Shown piece after piece: positions 42,828 to 53,655 of a stretch of 64,000 bases of DNA. The stretch is from Picochlorum sp. SENEW3 (lineage: Eukaryota), in assembly GCA_034226945.1 (NCBI GenBank), contig CP120459.1:434001-498000 (forward strand), read 5' to 3'. A program made the position numbers and the translations under genes. A model generated the notes under the pieces. It saw only the letters and a program-made list of their open reading frames with translations, searched no databases and was not told the origin of the DNA. Positions within the stretch are counted from its first letter, which is position 1, and each line of letters starts with the position of its first letter.

Positions 42828-44459
42828 TTAGGATTCCGTACAAAGGTCATCTACATGCAAAGGATCTCCATTGGTGATGTCTTCGATCGACTCGCGAAGT
42901 GCGAATCCAACAACCAGACCAGCACTGACCAAGACAAGGACTCCAACCATGAGAGAAACTATTGCAGTCATCTTGTACTTTTTTATGAGACCTGTAAGAA
43001 TAAAGACACCCAAAAATCCCCCAACGAGACAGAGAGGGGCATAAAGTGCCATGTATTGCAAATTAAGGCGATCGTCGAGACCAAAGGCGACGGTTGCTGT
43101 GGTCGAGGCAAACAGAGTAATAAAGGTGGACGTGGCTGCTGCAGTCTGTGGATGCACATGCAACTCGAGCAGCAATGGACTGATCATCACACCTCCTCCC
43201 AAACCCACTGTACCTGATATAACGCCTAGAACAAGCATGAGCAACCAAATAAGGGCGAGCTTTGATGGCTTCCAATCCTCATCTTCCTCATCATCTTCAT
43301 CCTGTACTCCACCATGATGCACATGCGAATGTTTTATTGGTACAGGATGATCATGGAACCAGATGAAGAATGCACTGCAACATGCCATCAATGCGACCTG
43401 AACACCGAGCATTGTCCACACTTGCCAGGCGCATTTTGAGAAGAAACTCTTGCCAATCTCCAGGGCCAGAAAGGCCCCTGCAATGCTCAAAATTTCGATA
43501 AAGTGCTTCCAAGGTATTAAAGGCTTGCCTATATGACCTATGACTTTAGTTGCAGAGCGCTTAAGTTTCCGAGTTGTTGCGGTCAGGACTTTTTTATGAA
43601 GACTTTTCTTCTTCTTCACATCCGTCTCCTCCTGTTCTGTATCTCCGTATTGTAATGCTGACAATTTTTCCTGTAAATTATTCTTCTCATCCTTTGATCC
43701 TCCTTCCCGTATAGTAGTTACTGGACTATCACTCGTGCTTCCACATGTGCCAGCTTCCAGACTCTCAGTCCCATCCGTGTATATGGGTGACGCTCTTCCA
43801 GGCTCTGACGACCCAGGCTGCACATCGTCTGGCACCACCTCCAAAGATTTTTTATGCTTCCTTTCAGCTCGAACCATTCGCACTCCTTGCTGAAATGTTC
43901 GGAAAGAAATCACCAGGAGAATAACAAGGAGGATGCATGAAATAATCAAACTGGGAATGATGTAATTCAACATGACTCCAATGGACATTCCCAGTACCAA
44001 TGCAGGCATCAGCACCAGCGTCAAACTATAATCAATCATTGGGCGAGAATCCGTGAGAGGATTACGTTGCGTAATGGAGTATACTGTTCCTCCAAGGCAG
44101 CCCCCTGCCACACATGATTGACTCAAGGCAGCAGCAGACTTGACCGTGAACTGCATCAACGCAGTGAAAAGAGGCACCCAAAATAATCCTCCACCGATAC
44201 CAGCACTCGTGGCAAGAGCTGCCATGATCAAATACAGCGGAATCGCAAGCCCAGTCCGCCATGTCATTGTTAATGGCGTCTGACTGTCTACCAATTGCTC
44301 TAAAAGTCTCCGCGCTACCCGATACACCCTCTCGCCATTCTCATAATATCTCATCCGGTCAGATATTGACCCAAGACCAACACCGACAGCGGCAGCGCAC
44401 GCCACGAGTACCAGCAGAAGAAACTGCCTCTGCAGAGGCGTAGTATACTTTGCCACCAT
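42828..44459 (-). CDS. Sulfite exporter TauE/SafE family protein
   Basis: AGIGGGLFWVP, RPMIDY, VGLGGGVMISPLLL, HPQTAAATS motifs. Confidence 0.92.
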   Translation of the reverse strand: MVAKYTTPLQRQFLLLVLVACAAAVGVGLGSISDRMRYYENGERVYRVARRLLEQLVDSQTPLTMTWRTGLAIPLYLIMAALATSAGIGGGLFWVPLFTALMQFTVKSAAALSQSCVAGGCLGGTVYSITQRNPLTDSRPMIDYSLTLVLMPALVLGMSIGVMLNYIIPSLIISCILLVILLVISFRTFQQGVRMVRAERKHKKSLEVVPDDVQPGSSEPGRASPIYTDGTESLEAGTCGSTSDSPVTTIREGGSKDEKNNLQEKLSALQYGDTEQEETDVKKKKSLHKKVLTATTRKLKRSATKVIGHIGKPLIPWKHFIEILSIAGAFLALEIGKSFFSKCAWQVWTMLGVQVALMACCSAFFIWFHDHPVPIKHSHVHHGGVQDEDDEEDEDWKPSKLALIWLLMLVLGVISGTVGLGGGVMISPLLLELHVHPQTAAATSTFITLFASTTATVAFGLDDRLNLQYMALYAPLCLVGGFLGVFILTGLIKKYKMTAIVSLMVGVLVLVSAGLVVGFALRESIEDITNGDPLHVDDLCTES

Positions 44460-45076
44460 TTTATCTGAAATATAAAGGCGTCTCTAACACAATCTACCCT
44501 TTATTTGGCTCAATGGAGCACTATGTATCAAATCTATTCACACAGAGAAGAGTTGTTCCAATCACTTGAAGACTCGATCAGTTCAACTCCTATACATCTG
44601 GTACCTTGCTCCGAAACGAGAACTTCCTCAACCGAAAGCCCTATCCATTCAAACGGAATCTGACCACCCAAACAGAAGGACAATATAGTTATATTAAGAT
44701 ATCTTGAACAAACGTATCATCCTGATATTCCCCTCCATCGTATGAACGCGTTCTTTCGTTGTTGTCACAATCTTCCTCCCTGTTTAGACAATCACGTCAC
44801 TATGGTACGCGTACTCTTATCCTAATACAGTATATATGTTTTATTATTTCATTCTGAAGGCAAGGCGAGCCTTCAGATGGTATGCATGCATGACGAATCC
44901 AATGGGCGTGTGTTCTGTTGGGACAAACTGTTCGGGAAAGTTGGAATGACCATCCCACTTGTACACGTTGTCCCCCTTCTTTTCGGTATTTAATATCATA
45001 ATATCATTCATTTTATACAGTAGGAGATACACAGAGAAGGAAACATGCGATAGAGCATTCTACTACTAAAACAAGC

Positions 45077-46655
45077 ATGGTGGTGGTTGAGGACAACAAG
45101 ACTGGGAAAAGGAGGAAGAAGGCTACGACAAAGGCAGTCAGCCTGCCGTCGGACATATGGTTGCTACAGGCCAAGAAGTGGACGAATGATACTCGGGAGA
45201 TAGAGGTGACGGAGAGTTTGCAGGTGTATTTGTTGCCAGATAGGCCTGTGACGATTGGGAAGAATAAGAAAATGTGTGACATGGTGGTGCCAGGTGATAA
45301 AACGGTGAGCGGAAGGCATGCCACCGTGTGGGTACAGAGGGATGAAGATGGTTCCACATATGTGGAAGTGCGGGATTGTAGTCGGCTTGGAACGGTTGTG
45401 ACAAAGACGAATGATTTCAAAATGGGGAGGTTTACGGGGGAGGCTGTTGTGGCACACGATTCTTGGTATATTCTGTTTGGGCACATGAGCCCATTTCAAG
45501 TGAAAAGGGTCCATATGTCCGTTCATTTTAACAAAGATGTTCTGGAAGGAATGTCCATGGCGCGCAAGATTGGTATACCAGTGGTGGAGGAACTCTCCGC
45601 GGTCAAGGGTATGCACCTGGTGGTTGGACCCGAATCATGCCATGCAGTGGATGAGAAGATTCTTCTGGCTGCGGTGTTAAATATACCAGTAGTGAGGTTA
45701 GGATGGCTCGAGGCATGGTCTAGCCAACTGTGGATTGGAGAAGGACCACCAAAGCAAGACCATGGGGTCACACTTGTCCATGAGGGCAAGACTCTTGCAG
45801 AGCCCATCCTCACCCGGGATGCGCAGGTAGTTTATAGATGTAACTTTATGCATTCTGAGACGTCTGAAAAGGCAGAGGTGCTGTCTTGTAGTTTTGTATG
45901 GCCATGGGGAAGCTTGAGCAAGGAGCTGCAGGAGGCCATGAGTATTGTTGGGATTCATCTTGTTGAGACCAGCATGGACGAGTGTTTTCTGGTGTGCGAG
46001 GGATTAGAGAAACCTGTTATTATCGTTCAGAGTATGGATTCGGAGGTGGCTTGTGATCTTCCAATCTCTGTGGTTTTCTTTTGTCTCTTGTCTGATTTGA
46101 TGGTACGATGCACTGTGGTTACATTTCAAGAGTATTGATTTGTGCTGGCGGCAGAGGATAACTTGCTGTATTGTGCAGGCCCTTATTTTTGATGGGAATG
46201 CATCGAGGTTACTGAGGCCGTTGTCTGAGCTCCGGGGATGCGAAGCACGACAGCAGCATACTGTTGCACCTCCTGATGATGATGGGTGGCATACTGTATG
46301 TAGATATGGGTCAAGAGACGTCGCAGAACAGGCGAATGGCGATCATATTTATTTTGATGATGATGGAGATGATGATGATACCAATAATAATAAGGAAAGT
46401 TCAGCCACCCTCGTAATGAGTGGGAAGAAGCGTTTTGTGAAAAAATATGCTCCTAGTAAAAGTAGGGAAATCATACCAGTGGTACGAGCAGATGCCCCGC
46501 AACAAACTGCTGCATCTGAAGAATGGGCTGAACAGGAGCGAGAGAAGATTGCTCAAAAAGCCAAGGATGACGCTTTCGATATGCAGGGGATGAAAAAGTC
46601 CCAGCAAAAAGGCACCCGCACCAGAAAGCAGGCTGGTGGTGCTCGTAAGAAGTAG
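45077..46655 (+). CDS. NBS1: Nibrin (FHA plus BRCT-like); intron 46103-46178
   Basis: FHA DKTVSGRHA...DCSRLGT, Mre11-binding-like KKRFVKK, C-terminal DDAFD. Confidence 0.7.
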
Positions 46656-46909
46656 TAAAAAAAATTGCATAAAATATCTTCAAAGAGCTGTTTGCACTCA
46701 TGTAATATTAGACAAGACCTTTACCTTGTGAAAAGTGAATGGCTTATGGCATTTCAAGATTGGAATGCACAATTCAAGATTGTGTGTGAGATTGCTTTGA
46801 CTGCAACATTACGACGATGCATTCTTTTGGGCAAAAAACAAAGTTTCTTTTGGATAACAACTTTGATCTCTACGAGCATGCAATCAATTGTCTAACAGTA
46901 GATCCAGCC

Positions 46910-49786
46910 TTACACAAAGACTGGATCTCCCTCTGCCAGATTGGAAATGAGGGCCTCCAAATCTACTCCTGGGTCTGTGCTGGAGGATGTGACGATCCTG
47001 CTGTAAACCAAGCGGCTCTCGCCATCTGCATCGCACGAGGCTGTGGCTGCAGCCAGCGATCCGTACGTAACGCAGGCATCTTCTGCCATAATTGGACCAC
47101 CACTATTTCCTCCACACCCTGAGAAACCATCGACGAAAATACCCTGTACTCCAGACGATTGAACTTGTACCTCATCTCTTGAGTAGAACAGAACCTCACC
47201 CAGGCCAGAGGCAAGTGGAGGACTTGCACATCCCTCTAGCCTGTCATCTTCTGCTGGGAAGCCACCATTGTAATTTGAGCGAGTGACACCGAGACCAGAT
47301 GTTGTAATCGCAGCAGCGTAATAAGGCTGTGCAAAGTTCAAATCCGTTCCAGACAGAGGCTTGACAAGCAGCAATGTTCCGTCATAGGCACTAGTTTGAG
47401 CAAAGTTTGTTGTGTCAAAATTTGCATCAATTGTGGCTCCTATGACACTGAAGTATCCGGAACCTTTATCAGAAACGCCACTGGTCTGATTGCATTGCAC
47501 AAAAGAGATAAATTCGTTTGGTACCAATGGTGATGTGATCAAGAATGGGCTGTTTGTACCATTCACAGAACAGTGAGCTGCCGTCCAAAACATGAGACCT
47601 CCATCTTTGGCACCGATAAAGGTACCACTGCAACTTGAATAGGATATACTGATACCAGAACCAGTGTTCTGGACATCAAACGCGAAGAGAACCTTGCAAA
47701 TTGATCTCACATCCTCTGGACCTGGTGAGTATGGGGTATCATTAATGCACACGCTTCTGTCTTCATCTGGTGTAACATCAATCAATGGCATAGAGGGTGG
47801 CAATATGGTGACGCTGTAGGGCTGGGACTCAGCAGAAATATCAAATTCCAATGTTTGAATATCACTGGCATTAATTACTCCTGTCCCAGATATAAGCTCA
47901 AAGTTCGTGCCCACATTGGGAGAGCTTGGGTTACACTGGGGCAGATAGACTGGCTCTGGCTCTGGTGATGGTTCTGGAGCTGGCTCAGGAGCTGGCTCTG
48001 GAGCTGGCTCAGGTGCTGGTTCCGGTGATGGCTCTGGAGCTGGTTCTGGAGCTGGCTCAGGTGATGGCTCTGGTGCTGGTTCTGGTGCAGGCTGAGGTGC
48101 TGGCTCAGGCGATGGCTCTGGAGCTGGTTCTGGAGCTGGCTCTGGTGCTGGTTCCGGTGATGGCTCTGGAGCTGGTTCTGGAGCTGGCTCAGGTGCTGGT
48201 TCCGGAGATGGCTCAGGAGATGGTTCTGGTGATGGTTCTGGTGATGGTTCTGGAGCTGGCTCAGGAGCTGGCTCAGGTGCTGGTTCCGGTGATGGCTCTG
48301 GAGATGGTTCTGGAGCTGGCTCAGGTGCTGGTTCCGGTGATGGCTCTGGAGCTGGTTCTGGAGCTGGCTCAGGTGCTGGTTCCGGTGATGGCTCTGGAGC
48401 TGGTTCTGGAGCTGGCTCAGGTGCTGGTTCCGGAGATGGCTCAGGAGATGGTTCTGGTGATGGTTCTGGTGATGGTTCTGGAGCTGGCTCAGGAGCTGGC
48501 TCTGGTGCTGGCTCTGGTGCTGGTTCTGGAGCTGGCTCAGGTGCTGGTTCCGGAGATGGCTCAGGAGATGGTTCTGGTGATGGTTCTGGTGATGGTTCTG
48601 GAGCTGGCTCAGGAGCTGGCTCTGGTGCAGGTTCTGGTGCTGGCTCAGGAGATGGTTCTGGTGCTGGTTCTGGAGCTGGCTCAGGAGCTGGCTCTGGTGC
48701 AGGCTCAGGTGCAGGTTCTGGTGATGGTTCTGGTGCAGGCTCTGGAGCTGGCTCAGGTGCTGGTTCTGGCGATGGCTCAGGTGCTGGCTCTGGCGCAGGT
48801 TCTGGTGCAGGCTCTGGCGATGGACCTGGTGGAGGCGATGGAATTGGCCCTGGAATCGGAGGCTCGACCTCCACCCCCACAATCTCAGCACGACCCTCCA
48901 AACCTCGTGAGAGGATATCTTCCACAGATTGAACAGCCCTTAGCGACGAAGCACTTGTCAACTGCAAGAATAGAGACCACGCATCTCTGTAGTCATTGTA
49001 TGTCACTTCCAGAAAGACAGCAGCACTTCCATCCGTCACACGCAAAATAGTGCACACACCCCCTGGCTGCAAGGACAACACATTGCCACACAGCTGATCC
49101 TGTTCTGGTTGCCCGAAAGCAGCAGCATTAGGATAGGCCGAGAAAATCAACCCCAGCTGCACAAATCCTGGAATTGGCTTTGCCTCTTGGCAGTAGGATA
49201 CTTTACCATCTTCAGAAAAGGATGTTTCAACATAACAACTATAGGTCTGATCCACATCCAGACCTTGAACAGTTCCCTCCACAGCAGATGGTTTGACTGG
49301 CAAAAGCCCAACCACAGATTGTCCCAGACCCGGGGCATCGCATCCTTCGCCCTCCAAAACACACTTGATAGTGAATTGAGTTCCAGGAATGTTTGGACCA
49401 GTCTTGAAGCCCACTGTGATGTTTGGCACGTTGGCATCCACAATAACAGGCTGCCTGACCGAGGTCAGCAAACGATCACTCTCATCTGCAATCAACGTAT
49501 ATAAGAACATGTGACATACTTGCGGTTACCATAGACATATACTTGTACATTCTGCGTTCATGAGGGCTCAACACGAGGCTGTAAACACCAAGGTTAACAA
49601 CGGGTCACCGGTTGAACGCGGGAACTGCTTATTCAGCTCATGCCGTGTTTTGTATCCCTCTAATTCATCCTAAGTGTTGTATAGTGCAATAATTCATGCA
49701 TGATATCGCATATCAAGATCGAGAGACGCACCAGTCTGTCCAAAGGCACTCACGGCGAGCACCAGGAAAAACGCAAATCTCCACAT
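46910..49786 (-). CDS. Secreted trypsin-like serine protease with long Pro/Glu-rich stalk; exons 49786-49732 and 49485-46910
   Basis: Signal exon MWRFAFFLVLAVSAFG, EP(A/S)P repeats, triad motifs TAAHC, AYDGTLL, GGNSGGP. Confidence 0.85.
47950..48825 (-). repeat. Coding 12-bp minisatellite encoding EP(A/S)P, roughly 70 units
   Basis: Plus-strand unit resembling GGAGCTGGCTCT / GGTGATGGTTCT with higher-order block duplications. Confidence 0.97.
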
Positions 49787-50391
49787 GATTATTGCGGAAG
49801 CACTCAAATCAATACCACAAAACACTCTCAATTCTCAATATACTGCATAATAGTATTATTATCACTCAGATATTAACAAAGAGGAAGCTACCTGTTATAG
49901 AGTTGGTAGAGACGCTCTGGTCAACGGCGGCGCGCAAAATTCAAATGGCCATGGTTTCCCCGTCGGAGCCTCCTTTTGACCGTGTGACCTGGTTTCCAAC
50001 AGTAATAGTGACGTGACGTTTTGGGATAGAGTAGATTCTTCACTGCCACGTAGCTTTTGTGTCTGCTTCCATGTACAATCCATACTGGGTCTGGGCAGTC
50101 ACTCGTGTTGGTGCGCGCCCTTGCAGCACCCATATGGATCCATATGCATACGGATCTTCGTCCCGTTGAAGGCAACGACCCAATCCCGGTCAGAACAGTG
50201 GCATGATGGGTTGCATTGTATGTTCTTGCATCCAGTGTGGATTACGCTACGCTTGTTATGGTTTTGTAGCGTCATCAATTCATGGGATGATGTCGGTCAT
50301 CAAATCCACCCGACTCCGCCGATCCTCTGCATTTTAATATCTCTATCACTTCATTAATCACGTGTGATCGTTACCGGAGCTGATTTCAATC

Positions 50392-51427
50392 ATGTCGACT
50401 CAAGCAGATGGGACCTATTTGGAAGGATACCCATTCAACGGACAGGTCTACGGACTGACGCCTCTGTCGGATTGCGTGAATGTCACTGCCATGCAGCAAG
50501 ACTTTTCATACGCAGACCCAGATGTAACAAAGTATCCAGATGCAGTTGAGCTAACGAATGCTCTCAACGCCAGTCAGATTGGGAGTTTTCCTACACCTGG
50601 GTACAATGCAGATGACTTGCCGGAATCAGCAGAGGCAATTTATCCTTGGACGGGGAATTCCGGAACCGTTACGAGATCCGAAGCATTCTATGATAAATGC
50701 TGGAACAGAACAATCCCTCTAACGGCAGCTTGTACTGAGAATTGCATTCAGTACATTCCCAATCTATTCAATGCAACTTGGGTGAACTTTGGTGAAATTT
50801 ATTGCTCCCAGACATATCCTACCCCTGATGTAATTGACTCCACTGAGAATCCAGGTATGATATATATATTCTGTGTCATGTGTTTTTCTTTCTCATGCAT
50901 TCTTGATGTGTGCAGTTCCACCAGATGGTAATGTTAACATGGTCTTGACAAACCAGTGTGCACAATACGTGTATGGCCCACCTGACGGATCTGATAACGT
51001 GACCATGTACACAATCAAGGATACCTTTGGAAATACGTATGCATTGCAAAGTACTCTAGGGGATCTATCTGAAGAATCGTGGGCTGAGCTCGTTGATTCA
51101 GTGGTGCTGCCAGAAGGATGGGAGATGAGCTCAGAGGTTCTCACGAGTCAGGAAGAACATTATTCATACCTCATTGGTGACGACTGTTGGCTAGTTGTCC
51201 TGAAAGATTCCAACGGAAATGCATGGCATCAACTGACCTATGGAGCTCCATTGGAAGAGTCGCCATTCTTGGCGCAGATTGGCTCTTGCCCTCCCTTGGT
51301 GCAGAGCACCAGTCCAAGCCCTGCCATCACGCCTGATGCGTCTGTCGCTTGGTCACCCATCTCGTCACAAGGAGGTCTCATCCATCTCTTACTGCTCTTG
51401 ATCACGCTGGTCTTTCTGTTGAAGTGA
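50392..51427 (+). CDS. Probable GPI-anchored surface protein with bacterial-like domain; intron 50854-50915; 5' end uncertain
   Basis: In-frame splice NP-V-PPDG; YTIKDTFGNTYALQS...LPEGW...VLKDSNGNAWHQ; Ser/Pro spacer then hydrophobic C-terminus. Confidence 0.7.
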
Positions 51428-51588
51428 GTCTATTTTCTTTGATTGCATTTCTGCATCTCTCTGGCCGTCTATACAGTAAGTGTGTGGCCATGGGCATGTT
51501 TTCAAAAGTTACATCCATATAATGCTCATGTATGTATCATACACGCATTACACATGTTTGATCGAAAGGAAAAAATACATGTAACAAA

Positions 51589-53265
51589 TTACATAATAAC
51601 CGAGGGCTGTACAGGTGCACGAGCATTTCTTTTTGACGCTTTTTGCTCTTCCTTGGTGAAGAGAACCTTCAACTCTTTCTTCGTCGCTCTAGCTTCTCTC
51701 CTGGCTGCCTTAACAGCCGCTTTTCTAGCCCTCTTTTCCTCTGCTGATTCATCCTTCTTTCTTATTTGCTGTACGACCGGCTTTGGCCGCAAACCATACT
51801 CTTCCTCTGCGGGCTTGACTGACACAAAGTCTCTCCCAGTTGACACATATCCTACAGGGAGCCCATCCTTGTTCAATGTGATTGTCTTTGGTCCTTTAGA
51901 AACTCCAGGCTCTGTAATAGTTCCAGGATGATTATATATATTAGATCGCAGAGAAAGTATCGACTCACAATCCCAACGCTCCCTATCCTTTTCAAACACG
52001 GATGGATCAACATCTACATGGCCATTTGCTACAGGCTTGTGAGGATCATTCTCTGCTTCTTCTGCTGCTCGTATGGCTTCCTTTGCCATTCGAATGGCTA
52101 CATCAGCATGCTCATTCCCAAAACCATACTTTTCCATCTCATCTGCAAGGAACATGTTTGACCTTGTACCACCATTGTCACCCTTCTTTGGATGGTCCTT
52201 GATAAACTCATCCAATATGTTTTCAAACTCTGATACATCTGCTACACCTTCAATATCATCTGCTCTATCCTCCATATCTCCCAATTCATCCTCATCATAT
52301 TCCAAAGCAAGGTGTTCGAATCGCTCATCAATCACAGAGAGAAGGTTCTTTCTATCCTCTCGCTCCTCCCTCCAGTATGTCGATGCAATGCTCCCAGGAC
52401 GTTTATGCCCGGCATTTGAATCCAAATCTACCTCTCCCTCCGAATTATACGCCTCAGTATCATCATCAAAGGAGGCATCATCCCTCTCATCATCAAAGGA
52501 GGCATTGTCTGCAAGTGTCTCTGCCCCAGCAGCTGCCAATATAAAATCATCCAACAAATCTCCCTCCCCCAACACCCGCTCATGCTCCTCTGTCGTCTTC
52601 TCCGCATCTTTAAACATATTCTCAATCTCCCCAATCTCATACTGCTTTTTCTCCAACACCTCATCTGTCTTTTTCGAAAACGCCGTCACACCACCCATCA
52701 TACCAGCCACACTATCGTCATCATCAATCTGCTGCATCACCGTCAACCCCGAAGCATCAAACAGCGCAACATCCTCCTCCAGCGGTTGCGCCGTCTGCGC
52801 CTTGACAAACACCCCTGTCTCCACCTCCTGCCCTGCATTCCTCTTCCCAGAAGATGACGCCCCACCATCTTCAATAATCTTCTTCTCGGACACAATGAGC
52901 TTACCCTCCTCCTCACCTTTTTTATCCTTCACCTCCTCCAAATGCCCTGTCGCATCAGTCTCACCATCAGCATCAAGACTACGCAAATGCTGAAGGTAAT
53001 CATACCCATCATCATCAAAACCCAACTCTATCAACTCCTGCCTCTTCTTCTCATCCAACCTCTCTCCATCATCCTCCATCATCAACCACGATAAAGGATG
53101 TCCACTCCTTGGCCGATCATTTATCTCCTCCTCAACATCATCACGCCGCTGCCCCTGCTGCTCATACAACACTCGACCACCACCCTCCTCCTTCTCCCCA
53201 GACTGGTACACCAACGCGTACGTCCTAGCATTCTTCTTATCGATAAACTTGTTCTTCTTCACCAT
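51589..53265 (-). CDS. LTV1: 40S biogenesis factor LTV1
   Basis: KKNKFIDKK, DDGYDYLQHLR, WDCESILS...NIYNHP, EEKRARKAAVK...KKELK. Confidence 0.95.
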   Translation of the reverse strand: MVKKNKFIDKKNARTYALVYQSGEKEEGGGRVLYEQQGQRRDDVEEEINDRPRSGHPLSWLMMEDDGERLDEKKRQELIELGFDDDGYDYLQHLRSLDADGETDATGHLEEVKDKKGEEEGKLIVSEKKIIEDGGASSSGKRNAGQEVETGVFVKAQTAQPLEEDVALFDASGLTVMQQIDDDDSVAGMMGGVTAFSKKTDEVLEKKQYEIGEIENMFKDAEKTTEEHERVLGEGDLLDDFILAAAGAETLADNASFDDERDDASFDDDTEAYNSEGEVDLDSNAGHKRPGSIASTYWREEREDRKNLLSVIDERFEHLALEYDEDELGDMEDRADDIEGVADVSEFENILDEFIKDHPKKGDNGGTRSNMFLADEMEKYGFGNEHADVAIRMAKEAIRAAEEAENDPHKPVANGHVDVDPSVFEKDRERWDCESILSLRSNIYNHPGTITEPGVSKGPKTITLNKDGLPVGYVSTGRDFVSVKPAEEEYGLRPKPVVQQIRKKDESAEEKRARKAAVKAARREARATKKELKVLFTKEEQKASKRNARAPVQPSVIM

Positions 53266-53655
53266 TTCTGAGTTATGATATATAGGAATACGTGTTCTAA
53301 TTAATGCACAGTTGGATATATCGAATAACTAATGGGTCGGCATGTGACAATGCATGGCACCTTGTTCGTCCTTTTCACTGCCCAGTAGATCGTTCTTAGG
53401 ATTCTAGTATATTTCTATATACATACGCAAGTCCCTGATGGGCGCATAACATGGCAAGAAGATGTTCTCTAGAAGACTGACAGATCTTCCTCCAGCGCTG
53501 GGCGCTAGATCTCTCGAGATCTCTAGAGATCTTGAAAAATGAAACGGATGACGATTTCCCTCGTATACACGCATTCAATTTCAATGTTCAAAATACACAC
53601 TCAAAAAAAATAAGAGAGATTGTACCCTGAAAAGAATTCCAGCATAGATTGAGCC

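Noticed and set aside
44844..45032. 62-aa minus ORF upstream of TauE
   Set aside because: Short, no recognisable motif or reliable start; insufficient support
47950..48825. Repeat array as a possible CRISPR
   Set aside because: Contiguous coding units with no unique spacers, in a eukaryotic gene
47875..49050. Long alternative-frame ORFs (338 aa minus, 374 aa plus) over the repeat
   Set aside because: Stop-free by-products of the 12-bp EP(A/S)P repeat; no independent coding evidence
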